Origin: Myxococcales bacterium
GTDB taxonomy: Bacteria > Myxococcota_A > Polyangia > Palsa-1104
DNA length: 64,000 nucleotides
Reading direction: 5' to 3'
Assembly (NCBI GenBank): GCA_003170275.1
Contig: PNAM01000015.1
Coordinates: forward strand, 53,546-117,545
Shown: positions 11,335-23,296 of the stretch, one piece after another
Numbering within the stretch: the stretch's first letter is position 1
Layout of the letters: each line of letters begins with the position of its first letter
Notes under the pieces: generated by a model
Told to the model about the DNA's origin: nothing
What the model saw: only the letters and a program-made list of their open reading frames with translations
Databases searched by the model: none
Position numbers and translations under genes: made by a program

Positions 11335-12327
11335 ATGCGACCAGCCAGCCTTGCGTTTCTGGTCACCCTGTCCGCGTGCACCGGTGTGCCGCGCATCGGC
11401 GAGCTCGAAGAGGGCCTGTCGGTGTGTGCCAAGGGCGCGGTCACCAACGGCATCGACGTCTCGCACTACGACGGCGCGATCGCGTGGCCGAGCGTCAAGG
11501 CGGGCGGGATCGAGTTCGCGATCATGAAGGCCACCGAGAGCACCAACTTCCTCGACCCGCAGTTCGCCACCAATTGGAAGGGGGCCGGCGACAGCGGGGT
11601 CGTTCGCGGCGCCTATCACTTCTTCCGCGCGAGCGCAGACGCGGTTCAGCAGGCCGACTACTTCCTGAAGATCTCCGGCCCCTCGGTGCCTGGAGATCTG
11701 CCGCCGACCCTCGATCTCGAGACGCTCGACGGCATGACCGCGGCGCAGGTCGCAGCCGGCGCGCTGGCGTTCCTGCAGCACGTCGAGCAGCAGACCGGCC
11801 GGACGCCGATCGTCTACACCTCGTCGTCGTTCCTGACCAGCATCGGCTCACCCGCCGGATTCGGCGCGTACACGTTGTGGGTCGCGAACTGGCAGGTGAG
11901 CTGCCCGAAGATTCCCAGCCCGCCGTGGAACGACTGGACCATCTGGCAGAACGCGGCGACGGGAACCGTGCCCGGAATCAGCGGCATGGTCGACCTCGAC
12001 CAGCTCAACGGGACGCTCGCGGATCTGCAGACGCTCGCCAACGGTGGCTCGAGCCCGGGCGGCGCCGACGGTGGCAGCACGTCACCGGGTGACGACGGAG
12101 GAGTGAGCAGCGACGGCGGCGCCGACGCGAGCCCGACGAACGGCGGCGGTGACCAGGATGCGGGCGGCGTCGGTGGCGGCGGCGGCGGCCCGTCGGGTCA
12201 GCCGTCCATGATGCCGGGCGGCTGCTCGGTCTCGGGCGCCGCCTCGGATGCCCGGTGGTTGTTCCTGATGCTGCTCTCGTTGCCGTTTCTCGGGCTTGGC
12301 CGTCGCCGGAAACACGGAGCGCGCTGA
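11335..12327 (+). CDS. GH25 muramidase (lysozyme) with Gly-rich linker and MYXO-CTERM-like sorting tail
   Basis: GIDVSHYDGAIAWPSVKAGGIEFAIMKATES..GAYHFF is typical of GH25. The C-terminus GGCSVSGAASDARWLFLMLLSLPFLGLGRRRKHGAR has a Gly-Cys motif, a TM helix and a basic tail. N-terminal lipobox LSAC. Confidence 0.85.
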   Translation: MRPASLAFLVTLSACTGVPRIGELEEGLSVCAKGAVTNGIDVSHYDGAIAWPSVKAGGIEFAIMKATESTNFLDPQFATNWKGAGDSGVVRGAYHFFRASADAVQQADYFLKISGPSVPGDLPPTLDLETLDGMTAAQVAAGALAFLQHVEQQTGRTPIVYTSSSFLTSIGSPAGFGAYTLWVANWQVSCPKIPSPPWNDWTIWQNAATGTVPGISGMVDLDQLNGTLADLQTLANGGSSPGGADGGSTSPGDDGGVSSDGGADASPTNGGGDQDAGGVGGGGGGPSGQPSMMPGGCSVSGAASDARWLFLMLLSLPFLGLGRRRKHGAR

Positions 12328-12382
12328 CAAAACTTTACCGTTGGTTCATTCCAGCTTTGCAATCACGATCTACTCTATTCGG

Positions 12383-12850
12383 ATGCCCACCCATCGCCTC
12401 GCCGTTGGTCTCGTGCTGTGCATCACGGGCTGCAGCGGAACCAGGCTGGTCGCGCGGCCCGATTCGGCACGAGGCTATGAGCAGGCGGCGCTGCGCGACG
12501 TCTCGGCGACCGGGCGACAGGGCGTGAACGTCGAAGTCGAAGGCGTGCTCGGACCGCTGGTCGCGCAAGAGGTGTGCGGCGGGCTGGTCACCTACCAGCT
12601 CTTGTACGGCACCGGTCAATCGATCGCAGGCATGTCGGTCTTCAGCGGCGTGAGCGGCGTCACGATCTCGTTGCCGCGCGAGCGCTACGCCGAGGTGCGC
12701 GATCTTCGACCGCTCGAGCCGGTGCGCGTGCGCGGCTACCTCAGCACCTGGTTTGCAGACGGATGCACGTGGTACACGACCGATGCGGGGCGCTATCTGT
12801 GGGTCGACAGCATCGAGCGAATCGCGCCCGACAAGGCGGCCGCGCAGTAG
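12383..12850 (+). CDS. hypothetical lipoprotein
   Basis: MPTHRLAVGLVLCITGCSG lipoprotein signal; ATG 12383 lies within track ORF 12296..12850. Confidence 0.6.
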   Translation: MPTHRLAVGLVLCITGCSGTRLVARPDSARGYEQAALRDVSATGRQGVNVEVEGVLGPLVAQEVCGGLVTYQLLYGTGQSIAGMSVFSGVSGVTISLPRERYAEVRDLRPLEPVRVRGYLSTWFADGCTWYTTDAGRYLWVDSIERIAPDKAAAQ

Positions 12851-14329
12851 CTACGGCGCGGGCACCCGCAGGATGTCGTAGCCCAGCCCGTCGACCACGT
12901 CGGCGATCAGCTCGCGCCCGCCGGGCACCAGGAAGAACTCCGCCGCGCTCGGCGTGACCCAGTGCTTCACCCCGCCGACTTCGTCGATCACCACCAGGCG
13001 GTTCCAGTCGCCTTCGTAGACGTGGTTCTCGATCGCCAGCACGCGGCCGTCGGGCAGCTCGTCGTAGGCGTGCACGTTGATGCCGAGGGTGACCGGGGCG
13101 CCGCCGGCCACGCCCACCGACGTGAGATCGCCGTAGGTGCCGAGCGTGGCGGCGTTCTCCAAGAAGCGGATGCGCGCGCCGTCGCCGCTGAAGGTGACGA
13201 GGCGGCCGCGCTGCATGACGCTCCGGTCGCCGAGCCAACCGTCGCCGGCGCCGCCCGCGTAGCGATCGGACGGGTCGTGGCTGTAGATCAGCTCCGCGCG
13301 CGGCCCGAGCCGAAGCAGCCGGACCCCGTCGGCCTGCACCACCGCGGGCGGCACGCTGCCGTCGAGCGGCACGCGCCACAGGGCGCCGTCGCGATCGTAG
13401 AAGGCCTGATCGAGATCGGTCGCCAGCGGCGCGCGGAACAGCCCGACGGTCGGATCGCGAAAGTGCGGCTCGGCCTGCAGCGAGATCGTGGTGGGATCGA
13501 AGCCCGTAGGATCGAGGACCAGATCGTCGCCGCCGGCCAGCGGCACCGAGCGGAAGCCGTCGTCGCCGATGGTGACCAGCGCGTGTCGCCGGTTGTCGAG
13601 GAAGAAATCCGGCGGCCGCACGCCGAGCGGAACCATGCCCTCATCGAGCGTCGAGTCGGCGGTGACGGTGCCGTCGGGCTCGCGCACCACCAGCGTGTTG
13701 CCGTCGCTGGTGAGCAGGAAGTCGAAGGTGGTCTGTCCATCGGGGCGGGTCGGATCGATGCCCGCCGGCAAGGGGAGCTGGCGATGAAACGTCTGATCGC
13801 GGCGGAACACGTCGTAGGTGGTGGTGGCCTGGTCCTCGACCCAATAGACGAACACGTCGGAGTCGCCGTCGTCGTTGGTGTACAGGAGCGCGCGGCCGAT
13901 CGGCACCACGAACGCCGCGTCGCTGGCGGGCGGATCGCCGGGGCGATGCAGCGTGATGGTGCGGGTCATCGCCACGGTGTCGTCGTGCATCTCGTACAGC
14001 ACGTGATCGTGCGTGGCGAAGCCCTCGGTGGAGTCGACGAATTCTTCGGCCGGCGCGTCGCCGGGCGCGCCCAGCCGCACCAGGTGCATCCGCACGCAGC
14101 TCCGGTTGCCGCCGCCCGTCGAGAACTCGCAGAACGCCGTCCAGGTCGCGCCATCGGCGCCGGTCATGCGCGCGGCGCGGCCGGCGCCGGGCATCACGTT
14201 GAGCTTGTCGAACGATCCCAGCGCCGGCGCCGTGCCAGTGAGTGGAAAGATCGGCTGGTCCGCGCTCCACTGAAAGGTGCAGCCCGCGCCCGCCAGCATC
14301 ATCCCGATCGCGATCCCTGCAGCGCGCAT
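12851..14329 (-). CDS. hypothetical lipoprotein (possibly beta-propeller-like), downstream partner of the TonB-dependent receptor
   Basis: MRAAGIAIGMMLAGAGC lipobox. TGATG overlap with the receptor stop (14329..14331). Repeated D/G-rich strand-like segments. Confidence 0.7.
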   Translation of the reverse strand: MRAAGIAIGMMLAGAGCTFQWSADQPIFPLTGTAPALGSFDKLNVMPGAGRAARMTGADGATWTAFCEFSTGGGNRSCVRMHLVRLGAPGDAPAEEFVDSTEGFATHDHVLYEMHDDTVAMTRTITLHRPGDPPASDAAFVVPIGRALLYTNDDGDSDVFVYWVEDQATTTYDVFRRDQTFHRQLPLPAGIDPTRPDGQTTFDFLLTSDGNTLVVREPDGTVTADSTLDEGMVPLGVRPPDFFLDNRRHALVTIGDDGFRSVPLAGGDDLVLDPTGFDPTTISLQAEPHFRDPTVGLFRAPLATDLDQAFYDRDGALWRVPLDGSVPPAVVQADGVRLLRLGPRAELIYSHDPSDRYAGGAGDGWLGDRSVMQRGRLVTFSGDGARIRFLENAATLGTYGDLTSVGVAGGAPVTLGINVHAYDELPDGRVLAIENHVYEGDWNRLVVIDEVGGVKHWVTPSAAEFFLVPGGRELIADVVDGLGYDILRVPAP

Positions 14330-16560
14330 CAAAACCTCCCCCGCGCGCCGATCGACGGCAGGATCCAGCGGAACCCCTGAAACTGCGGTTGATCATAGCG
14401 CGTGATCATCAGCGTGGGATCCTTGGGGAAGGTCACGCCGTAGATGCTCTCCGAATAGGTCACGTTCAGGAGCTCGAGGAACAGCGCCATCGCCCAGCGA
14501 CGGAACACCCACTCGCGATCGAGCCGCAGATCGAGCTGCACGTAAGTCGGCAGCCGTTGGTTGTTGCGGCTACCGGTGACCGACGCGGTCGCCAGATCCG
14601 CCTGCAAGAGCGTGTACGGGCGGCCGGTCTGCACGTTGAACCGCAAGCCCGCCGAGAGGCGCCAGGGCAGCCGCACCTGCACCACCGCATTGAGCACGTG
14701 CGTCTGATCGAAGTCCGAGGCCGCCAGCCCGCACGAGTAGACCCGCTCGGAGCGGCTGAGCGTGTAGGCCACCCAGCCGCTCACCCGCCCCGCTTGCTTG
14801 CGCACCAGCAGCTCCAGCCCGTAGCCCGAGCCGTAGGACTGGCGCGTGATGTACGCGGCCAGCCCCTTGATCGACTCCGGCGGCGGCGAGGTGCACGAGG
14901 CCGCCTGAAAGTCGATCACCACATCATTGATATTGGTGAAGCGGCCGTAGTAGCCGGTGGCCGACGCGGTGATGCTCTCCGGCAGCTTGACCCGCACGCC
15001 GACCGAGCCCTGCACGTTTTTTTGCAGCCCGAGCTGCAGCGCGAACGTGTCGATGCCCGGCAGCGGCACCGGAAACGACGGCGCCTGCGTGTACTGGCCG
15101 AAGCCGCCGAATAGCTCGAGCTGCTTGAGCGGTGACAAGCGCACCAGCACGCGCGGGTCGAGGCCGAGCAGCGTCACGCCGTTGGCGTTGTAGACGTCGG
15201 CGCGCAGCCCGGCGGTGACGGCGGCCGGGAAGTGCAGCCAGCGGTCGAAGGCGAGCGTGCCCTGCGCATAGGCGCCGCCGACGATCCCGTTGCGATCGCC
15301 GGCCAGATCGCCGAGCTCGTCGGGCGCGGCGCGCGTCTGGTCGGTCGCGAAGTGATCGGCGCTGAAGCGCGAGATCTCGCTGTCGGCGCCGAGCGAGAGC
15401 GCCAGGAACGACAGCTTGAGCCGCGCGTTGAGGCGCGCCGACAGCCCCAGCTTCTGCACGCCCTCGCCTGAGAACAGGCTCATGCGATCGAGCCCGCCCA
15501 CCAGCGCGGCCTCGAGCTCGAGCCGGCCCTTTCGGTACTGCTCGCGCAGCTGGATGCGATGGAACTCGACCATGAACTGCGCCGAGACCGCCTGGCTCCC
15601 GTCGGGCTGCGCCTGCGAGATCGCCAGCGAGTCGAACGAGCCGATCGCCTCGAGCGTGAGCCCGCGCCAATCGACGCGCAGCTGGTAGTCCCAGTAGCTC
15701 AGGTCCACGCCCGGCGCCACCAGGTGGATCAGCGGCCCGGGAAAGCCGTAGCGCCCGGCCGCCAGCACCTGCACGCCGCCCGGCAGCCGCGCCTCGGCCA
15801 GCGCGGAGACATCGAACAGGCGCAGCTCGACCTCGCCGTGCCAGGGCGCATCGGTGCGCGCGGGCCGCGTGGCCGCGTCGACCACGCCTGAGGCGTAGCG
15901 CCCGAAGGTGGCGTCGTACGAGCCGGGATAGAAGTCGATGTGATCGACGATGCGCGGATGCACCACGCCGTCGACGAACACCAGGTGGAACAGCTGCGGC
16001 ACACGCATGCCGTCGAGAAAGAAGCCGTTCATGCCGGGGCTGCCGCCGCGCACCACGTAGATCGGCAACAGCGGGATGGGCGTGAGCACGCCCGGCAAGA
16101 ACGAGATCACCTTGAACGGATCGCCGGCGGCGCCCGGCACCTTGGTGAGCTCGTCGTCGCGCAGCGTGAAGCTCTCGCCCTCGTGGTGGCCGGTGCCGAC
16201 CACGCGGCTGGTGTAGCGCGAGCGCTCGCCGTTCTCGATCGGCATCAGGCGGTACTCGACGGTGCGCGACACGTTGGGCGCGAGCGTCTCGACGAAGTGC
16301 GCCGGATCGTAACCGGTCGCCGTGACGGTGAGCTCCACCGCGCCGGCCGGAACGTCGAGCGAGAAGCGGCCCTCGGCGTCGCTGACGACCGATTCCCCGC
16401 TCTTGGCCCAGACGGTCGCGCCGGCGATGGCGATCACCGACGCGCGCTCGAAGATGCGGCCCGAGAGCCGTGCGCCCTGCACGGGCTCGCCGGCGCGCGC
16501 CGTGGCCGCGATCAGGAGCAGGCAACCAGCGACCAGGCGGAGCGGCGTAGGCATGGGCAC
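14329..16560 (-). CDS. TonB-dependent receptor-like outer membrane protein with N-terminal carboxypeptidase-regulatory-like domain
   Basis: Signal peptide. SGRIFE..ATVWAKSGESVVSDAEGRFSLDVPAGAVELTVTATGYD (CarbopepD_reg-like). Plug-like VVRGGSPGMNGFFLDGMRVP. Long beta-barrel ending in a terminal aromatic residue (..GARGRF). Confidence 0.85.
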   Translation of the reverse strand: MPMPTPLRLVAGCLLLIAATARAGEPVQGARLSGRIFERASVIAIAGATVWAKSGESVVSDAEGRFSLDVPAGAVELTVTATGYDPAHFVETLAPNVSRTVEYRLMPIENGERSRYTSRVVGTGHHEGESFTLRDDELTKVPGAAGDPFKVISFLPGVLTPIPLLPIYVVRGGSPGMNGFFLDGMRVPQLFHLVFVDGVVHPRIVDHIDFYPGSYDATFGRYASGVVDAATRPARTDAPWHGEVELRLFDVSALAEARLPGGVQVLAAGRYGFPGPLIHLVAPGVDLSYWDYQLRVDWRGLTLEAIGSFDSLAISQAQPDGSQAVSAQFMVEFHRIQLREQYRKGRLELEAALVGGLDRMSLFSGEGVQKLGLSARLNARLKLSFLALSLGADSEISRFSADHFATDQTRAAPDELGDLAGDRNGIVGGAYAQGTLAFDRWLHFPAAVTAGLRADVYNANGVTLLGLDPRVLVRLSPLKQLELFGGFGQYTQAPSFPVPLPGIDTFALQLGLQKNVQGSVGVRVKLPESITASATGYYGRFTNINDVVIDFQAASCTSPPPESIKGLAAYITRQSYGSGYGLELLVRKQAGRVSGWVAYTLSRSERVYSCGLAASDFDQTHVLNAVVQVRLPWRLSAGLRFNVQTGRPYTLLQADLATASVTGSRNNQRLPTYVQLDLRLDREWVFRRWAMALFLELLNVTYSESIYGVTFPKDPTLMITRYDQPQFQGFRWILPSIGARGRF

Positions 16561-16642
16561 CCGCTGGATCAGCGGGCCAACGAATGGATCTAGGCCTTCG
16601 CGGGGGTTGCGTCAACTCGCCGCGCGCCGGATACTCGCGCGG

Positions 16643-17173
16643 ATGCGATCGGCAGGCGCGTGGATGGGGGCGGGGCTCGCGCTGCTGGCGAGCGCGATTG
16701 CGGTCGCGCAGGAATCGCCGCCGGCGGCCGATCCACGCGTGCCGGCGCTCGGACAGTTGGTGGTGTTCACCGATCCGCCGGGCGCCGAGGTGATCATCGA
16801 CGGCGCCGCGCTCGGGCCCGCGCCACTCACCGCGCGCGATCTCCTGCCCGGCACACACCTGGTGCAGGTGAGCTGGCCCGAGGGCACCGCCACGGTCTCG
16901 GCCGTGGTGTTGGAAGGAACCTCGACGCCGCTGCGCCTGCGGACGCCGCTCGCGCCCGCGCAGCCGGCCTCGCCGCCGCCGTTCATCGCGCCACTTGCCG
17001 CCGCGCCGGCGATCTCTGCGCCGTTGCCGTCGCCCCGATCGGCGCCCGCCTACAAGAAATGGTGGCTGTGGACCGCCGTCGGCGGCGCGGTGGCGCTCGG
17101 CGTCGGGCTCGGGGTCGGCCTCGGCGTCGGACTGAGCGTCAGCAACCCGCGCTACGGCGTGCTCGCGTTCTGA
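16643..17173 (+). CDS. PEGA-domain protein with C-terminal KKWWLWT + (G-x-G-V)n membrane anchor
   Basis: Signal peptide MRSAGAWMGAGLALLASAIAVA. LVVFTDPPGAEVIIDGAALGPAPLTARDLLPGTHLVQV is a PEGA motif. Tail reads YKKWWLWTAVGGAVALGVGLGVGLGVGL. Confidence 0.8.
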   Translation: MRSAGAWMGAGLALLASAIAVAQESPPAADPRVPALGQLVVFTDPPGAEVIIDGAALGPAPLTARDLLPGTHLVQVSWPEGTATVSAVVLEGTSTPLRLRTPLAPAQPASPPPFIAPLAAAPAISAPLPSPRSAPAYKKWWLWTAVGGAVALGVGLGVGLGVGLSVSNPRYGVLAF

Positions 17174-18231
17174 TGCGCCGCGCGCTGCTGCTCGCCTGCG
17201 TCCTCGCCGCCGCCTGCGGCTCGACGGATCCGTGCGCCGGCGTGAGCGGCACGTGCGTGGCGCTCACCGCCGACGGCTCGCTGATCATCGATCAGCTCCT
17301 GGTGCTGCTCTCGGGCGCGACCCAGGGCTCGCGCGCGACCACGCCGTCGCGCCTGATCTCCCTACCACAGACCGTCGCGCTCCAGCTCGGCACGGTCACC
17401 GACGGCCAGCTCGAGATCCAGGTGGTCGCGCTCGCCGGCGGCAACGTGATCGGTCGCGGCAGCGGCGACGCCACCGTCGCGCTCGGCCAGCGCGCGCAGA
17501 CCACCGTCGAGATCGCTGCCGTCGGCGCAACCCTCGACGGCGACGGCGGCGACGGCGACAGCGAGGGCGAGAGCTGCGCGAACATCCCCGGGCTGGTCGC
17601 CTACTTTCCGCTCGACAGCGAATCCACCGATCACTCGGGCAACGGCCACGACCTGCAGCTCACCAACACCCACTACGCCGGCGGCAAGCTGGGCCAGGCG
17701 CTCAGCTTCAACGGCACCACCTCGTCCGCGCTCGTCGGTGGCAGCGCGCTGGCGCTCACCGGACGAACGTTCTGCGCGTGGATCGAGGTGGCGCCGCGGA
17801 TGAGCGCGGGCGAGCCGCTGTTCACTGGCGGGCAGGGCGCGATCGGCGAAACCTACGGGCTGCAAGCATCGATTCCCTCCGGCACGAACTGCACGGCGCC
17901 GGCGAGCTCGCTGTTCGTCGATCCGGGATCGGGCTGCCACGCCGGCTCGATCGTCGCGCCCGTCGCCGCCTTCACCTACGTCTGTTACGCGCACGCCGCG
18001 AGCGGCCAGGTAACCCTGTTCGTCGACAGTGCCGTGCAGAACGTCTCGATTCCGCTGACGCCATTCGACCTCACCAGCCTGACGCTGGGAAACAATGTGC
18101 TCGGCTTCCCAAGCACCGCGCCCGCCTTCACCGGCACGATCGACTCGGTCTCGATCTGGAACCGGGCGCTGTCTTCCAGCGAGATGGACCTCTTGTACGC
18201 CAACGGCGCCGGTTGCCGCGTGCGACCCTAG
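17173..18231 (+). CDS. LamG/concanavalin-A-like lectin domain lipoprotein
   Basis: MRRALLLACVLAAACG lipobox. LamG-like segment LDSESTDHSGNGHDLQLTNTHYAGGKLGQALSFNG...FTGTIDSVSIWNRALSSSEM. TGATG overlap with the PEGA gene. Confidence 0.8.
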   Translation: MRRALLLACVLAAACGSTDPCAGVSGTCVALTADGSLIIDQLLVLLSGATQGSRATTPSRLISLPQTVALQLGTVTDGQLEIQVVALAGGNVIGRGSGDATVALGQRAQTTVEIAAVGATLDGDGGDGDSEGESCANIPGLVAYFPLDSESTDHSGNGHDLQLTNTHYAGGKLGQALSFNGTTSSALVGGSALALTGRTFCAWIEVAPRMSAGEPLFTGGQGAIGETYGLQASIPSGTNCTAPASSLFVDPGSGCHAGSIVAPVAAFTYVCYAHAASGQVTLFVDSAVQNVSIPLTPFDLTSLTLGNNVLGFPSTAPAFTGTIDSVSIWNRALSSSEMDLLYANGAGCRVRP

Positions 18232-18235
18232 CCCC

Positions 18236-18257
18236 TTGACATTGACTGTTTAGTCAA
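18236..18257 (+). promoter_or_regulatory. -35-like TTGACA followed by palindromic operator TTGACT-GTTT-AGTCAA upstream of tetR
   Basis: TTGACA at 18236..18241. Perfect inverted repeat TTGACTgtttAGTCAA at 18242..18257, 14 nt before the tetR ATG. Same half-sites as the second palindrome at 18878. Confidence 0.6.
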
Positions 18258-18271
18258 CTATTCCTCAATTC

Positions 18272-18889
18272 ATGGGTCGGTCGAGTGACGCGCGGGAACG
18301 GTTGGTCGCGGCGACCATCGATCTGATCTGGCGCGAGAGCTACGGCGCGGTCACCGTCGACGCGATCTGCGAGCAGTCGGGCGTGAAGAAGGGCAGCTTC
18401 TATCACTTCTTCAAGTCCAAGGACGAGTTGGTGGTCGCGGCGCTCGACGCGCACTGGGAGTCGCGCAAGCCGGTGCTCGATGGGCTGTTCTCCCCGTCGC
18501 TGCCACCGCTCGAGCGGCTGAGGCGCTACTTTCATCACGTGTACACCCGGCAGGTCGAGCTCAAGGCCCAGATGGGCCACTTCCCCGGCTGTCTGTACAG
18601 CGGCGTCGGGATGGAGTGCGGCAATCAGTCCGAGATCGCCAGCAAGGTGAAGGAGATCCTCTCCAACTACACGCGCTACTACGAGAGCGCGCTGCGCGAC
18701 GCCGAGGGGCAGGGGCTGGTTCAGATCGCCGATCTGCCGAGCAAGGCGCGCTCGCTGTTCGCCTTCATGGAAGGCGTCCTCGCCCAGGCGCGCATCCAAG
18801 ACGACGCGGAGATCATCAAGAACCTGGGCGTGAGCGCGATGTCGTTTCTCGGCATCGAAGAGAAGAAGCGGAGATTGTTGACTAGATAG
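18272..18889 (+). CDS. TetR/AcrR family transcriptional regulator
   Basis: N-terminal HTH LVAATIDLIWRESYGAVTVDAICEQSGVKKGSFYHFFKSKDELV. Confidence 0.93.
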   Translation: MGRSSDARERLVAATIDLIWRESYGAVTVDAICEQSGVKKGSFYHFFKSKDELVVAALDAHWESRKPVLDGLFSPSLPPLERLRRYFHHVYTRQVELKAQMGHFPGCLYSGVGMECGNQSEIASKVKEILSNYTRYYESALRDAEGQGLVQIADLPSKARSLFAFMEGVLAQARIQDDAEIIKNLGVSAMSFLGIEEKKRRLLTR

Positions 18890-18892
18890 TCA
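18878..18892 (+). promoter_or_regulatory. second palindromic operator TTGACT-AGAT-AGTCA upstream of the RND permease gene
   Basis: TGACTagatAGTCA has the same half-sites and 4-nt spacer as 18242..18257. It overlaps the tetR stop codon and lies 23 nt before the RND start codon. Confidence 0.55.
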
Positions 18893-18914
18893 TCTCGGGA
18901 GTGAGGAACGAACG

Positions 18915-22162
<3,248 letters not shown>

Positions 22163-22166
<4 letters not shown>

Positions 22167-23296
22167 GCACCAGACCCGGCTTGCTGTTCGTGTTCGGGGT
22201 CGCCGCGGTGATCGCCGCAGCGGTGGGCGTCGGCTTGATCGCCAGCGTCCGCAGCTCGGCCGCCAGCAGCGAAGCCGCGTCGCGCACGGCGACCATGGCG
22301 GCCGGGCCGCGCGTGGTGGTGGTGCCGGCGACGCGCGGCGCCGCCGAGCGCGGCCTCGAGTTGCAAGGCGAAGCCCGCCCGTTCGCCACCGTCACCCTGT
22401 ACGCCAAGCTGAGCGGCTACCTCAAGGAGATCCGCGTCGACAAGGGCGACCGCGTGCAGGCCAACCAGATCCTCGCGGTGATCGAGTCGCCCGAGCTCGA
22501 TCGCCAGTACGACGCGGCGGTCGCCGACGCCAACTATCACCGCCTCAACGCCAAGCGCGCGGAGGCGCTGGCCGGGCCGGGCGTGGTGTCGGCGCGCGAG
22601 GCCGAGCTCGAGACCAGCCAGGCGCAGATCGCCAACGCGACGGTGGCCTCGCTCGCCACGCAGAAATCGTACGAGACCCTGCGCGCGCCGTTCGACGGCC
22701 TGGTGACCGCGCGCTTCGCCGATCGCGGCGCGCTGGTGCAGAACGCCGCCAACGCGCAGACCAGCGCGCTGCCGCTGGTGACCATCACGCAGCCCGACAA
22801 GCTGCGCGTGTACGTGTACGTCGATCAGCGCGACGCGGCGCTGGTGCACGTCGGCGACGCGGCTTTGGTGAGCGTGCCGGGAGCGCAGCCCGAGGTGCAG
22901 CGCAAGGGCAAGATCAGCCGCTTCGCCAGCGACCTCGATCCGAAGACGCGCATGATGCTGGTGGAGATCGATCTCGACAACCGAGACGGCAAGATCGTCC
23001 CGGGCAGCTACGTCTCGGTGGCGCTGGCGATCCGCGCCGTGAGCCACATCGAGGTGCCGGTCGAGGCGCTGATCATCCGCGACAAGAAGCCGTTCGTCGC
23101 GGTGGTCGGCGCGGACAACCACCTCGCCTATCGGCCGGTCGTGATCGCCGACAACGACGGCTCGCGAGTGCAGATCTTGTCCGGCCTCGACGAGGGAGCC
23201 AAGGTGGCGCTCAACCTGGGCGACAGCGCGTCGGACGGCGACCTCATCCAGCCGGTCACCTCCGGGGACAAGCATGACGCGCGGTCCAAGAACTAG
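22163..23296 (+). CDS. RND efflux periplasmic adaptor (MFP)
   Basis: ATGA overlap with the permease. N-terminal TM helix, lipoyl/hairpin/barrel segments (YAKLSGYLKEIRVDKGDRVQANQILAVIESPELD). Confidence 0.9.

Noticed and set aside
12847-12854. GTAGCTAC palindrome at two convergent gene junctions (also at 29917..29924)
   Set aside because: It follows automatically from two TAG stop codons placed back to back with G/C-ending neighbouring codons. No extended conservation around the two sites suggests a shared regulatory element.
14924-16858. 644-aa minus-strand ORF overlapping the TonB-dependent receptor gene
   Set aside because: It is an alternative frame of the receptor gene with Arg/Gly/Ala-rich junk translation. 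The receptor frame has signal peptide, plug and barrel features.
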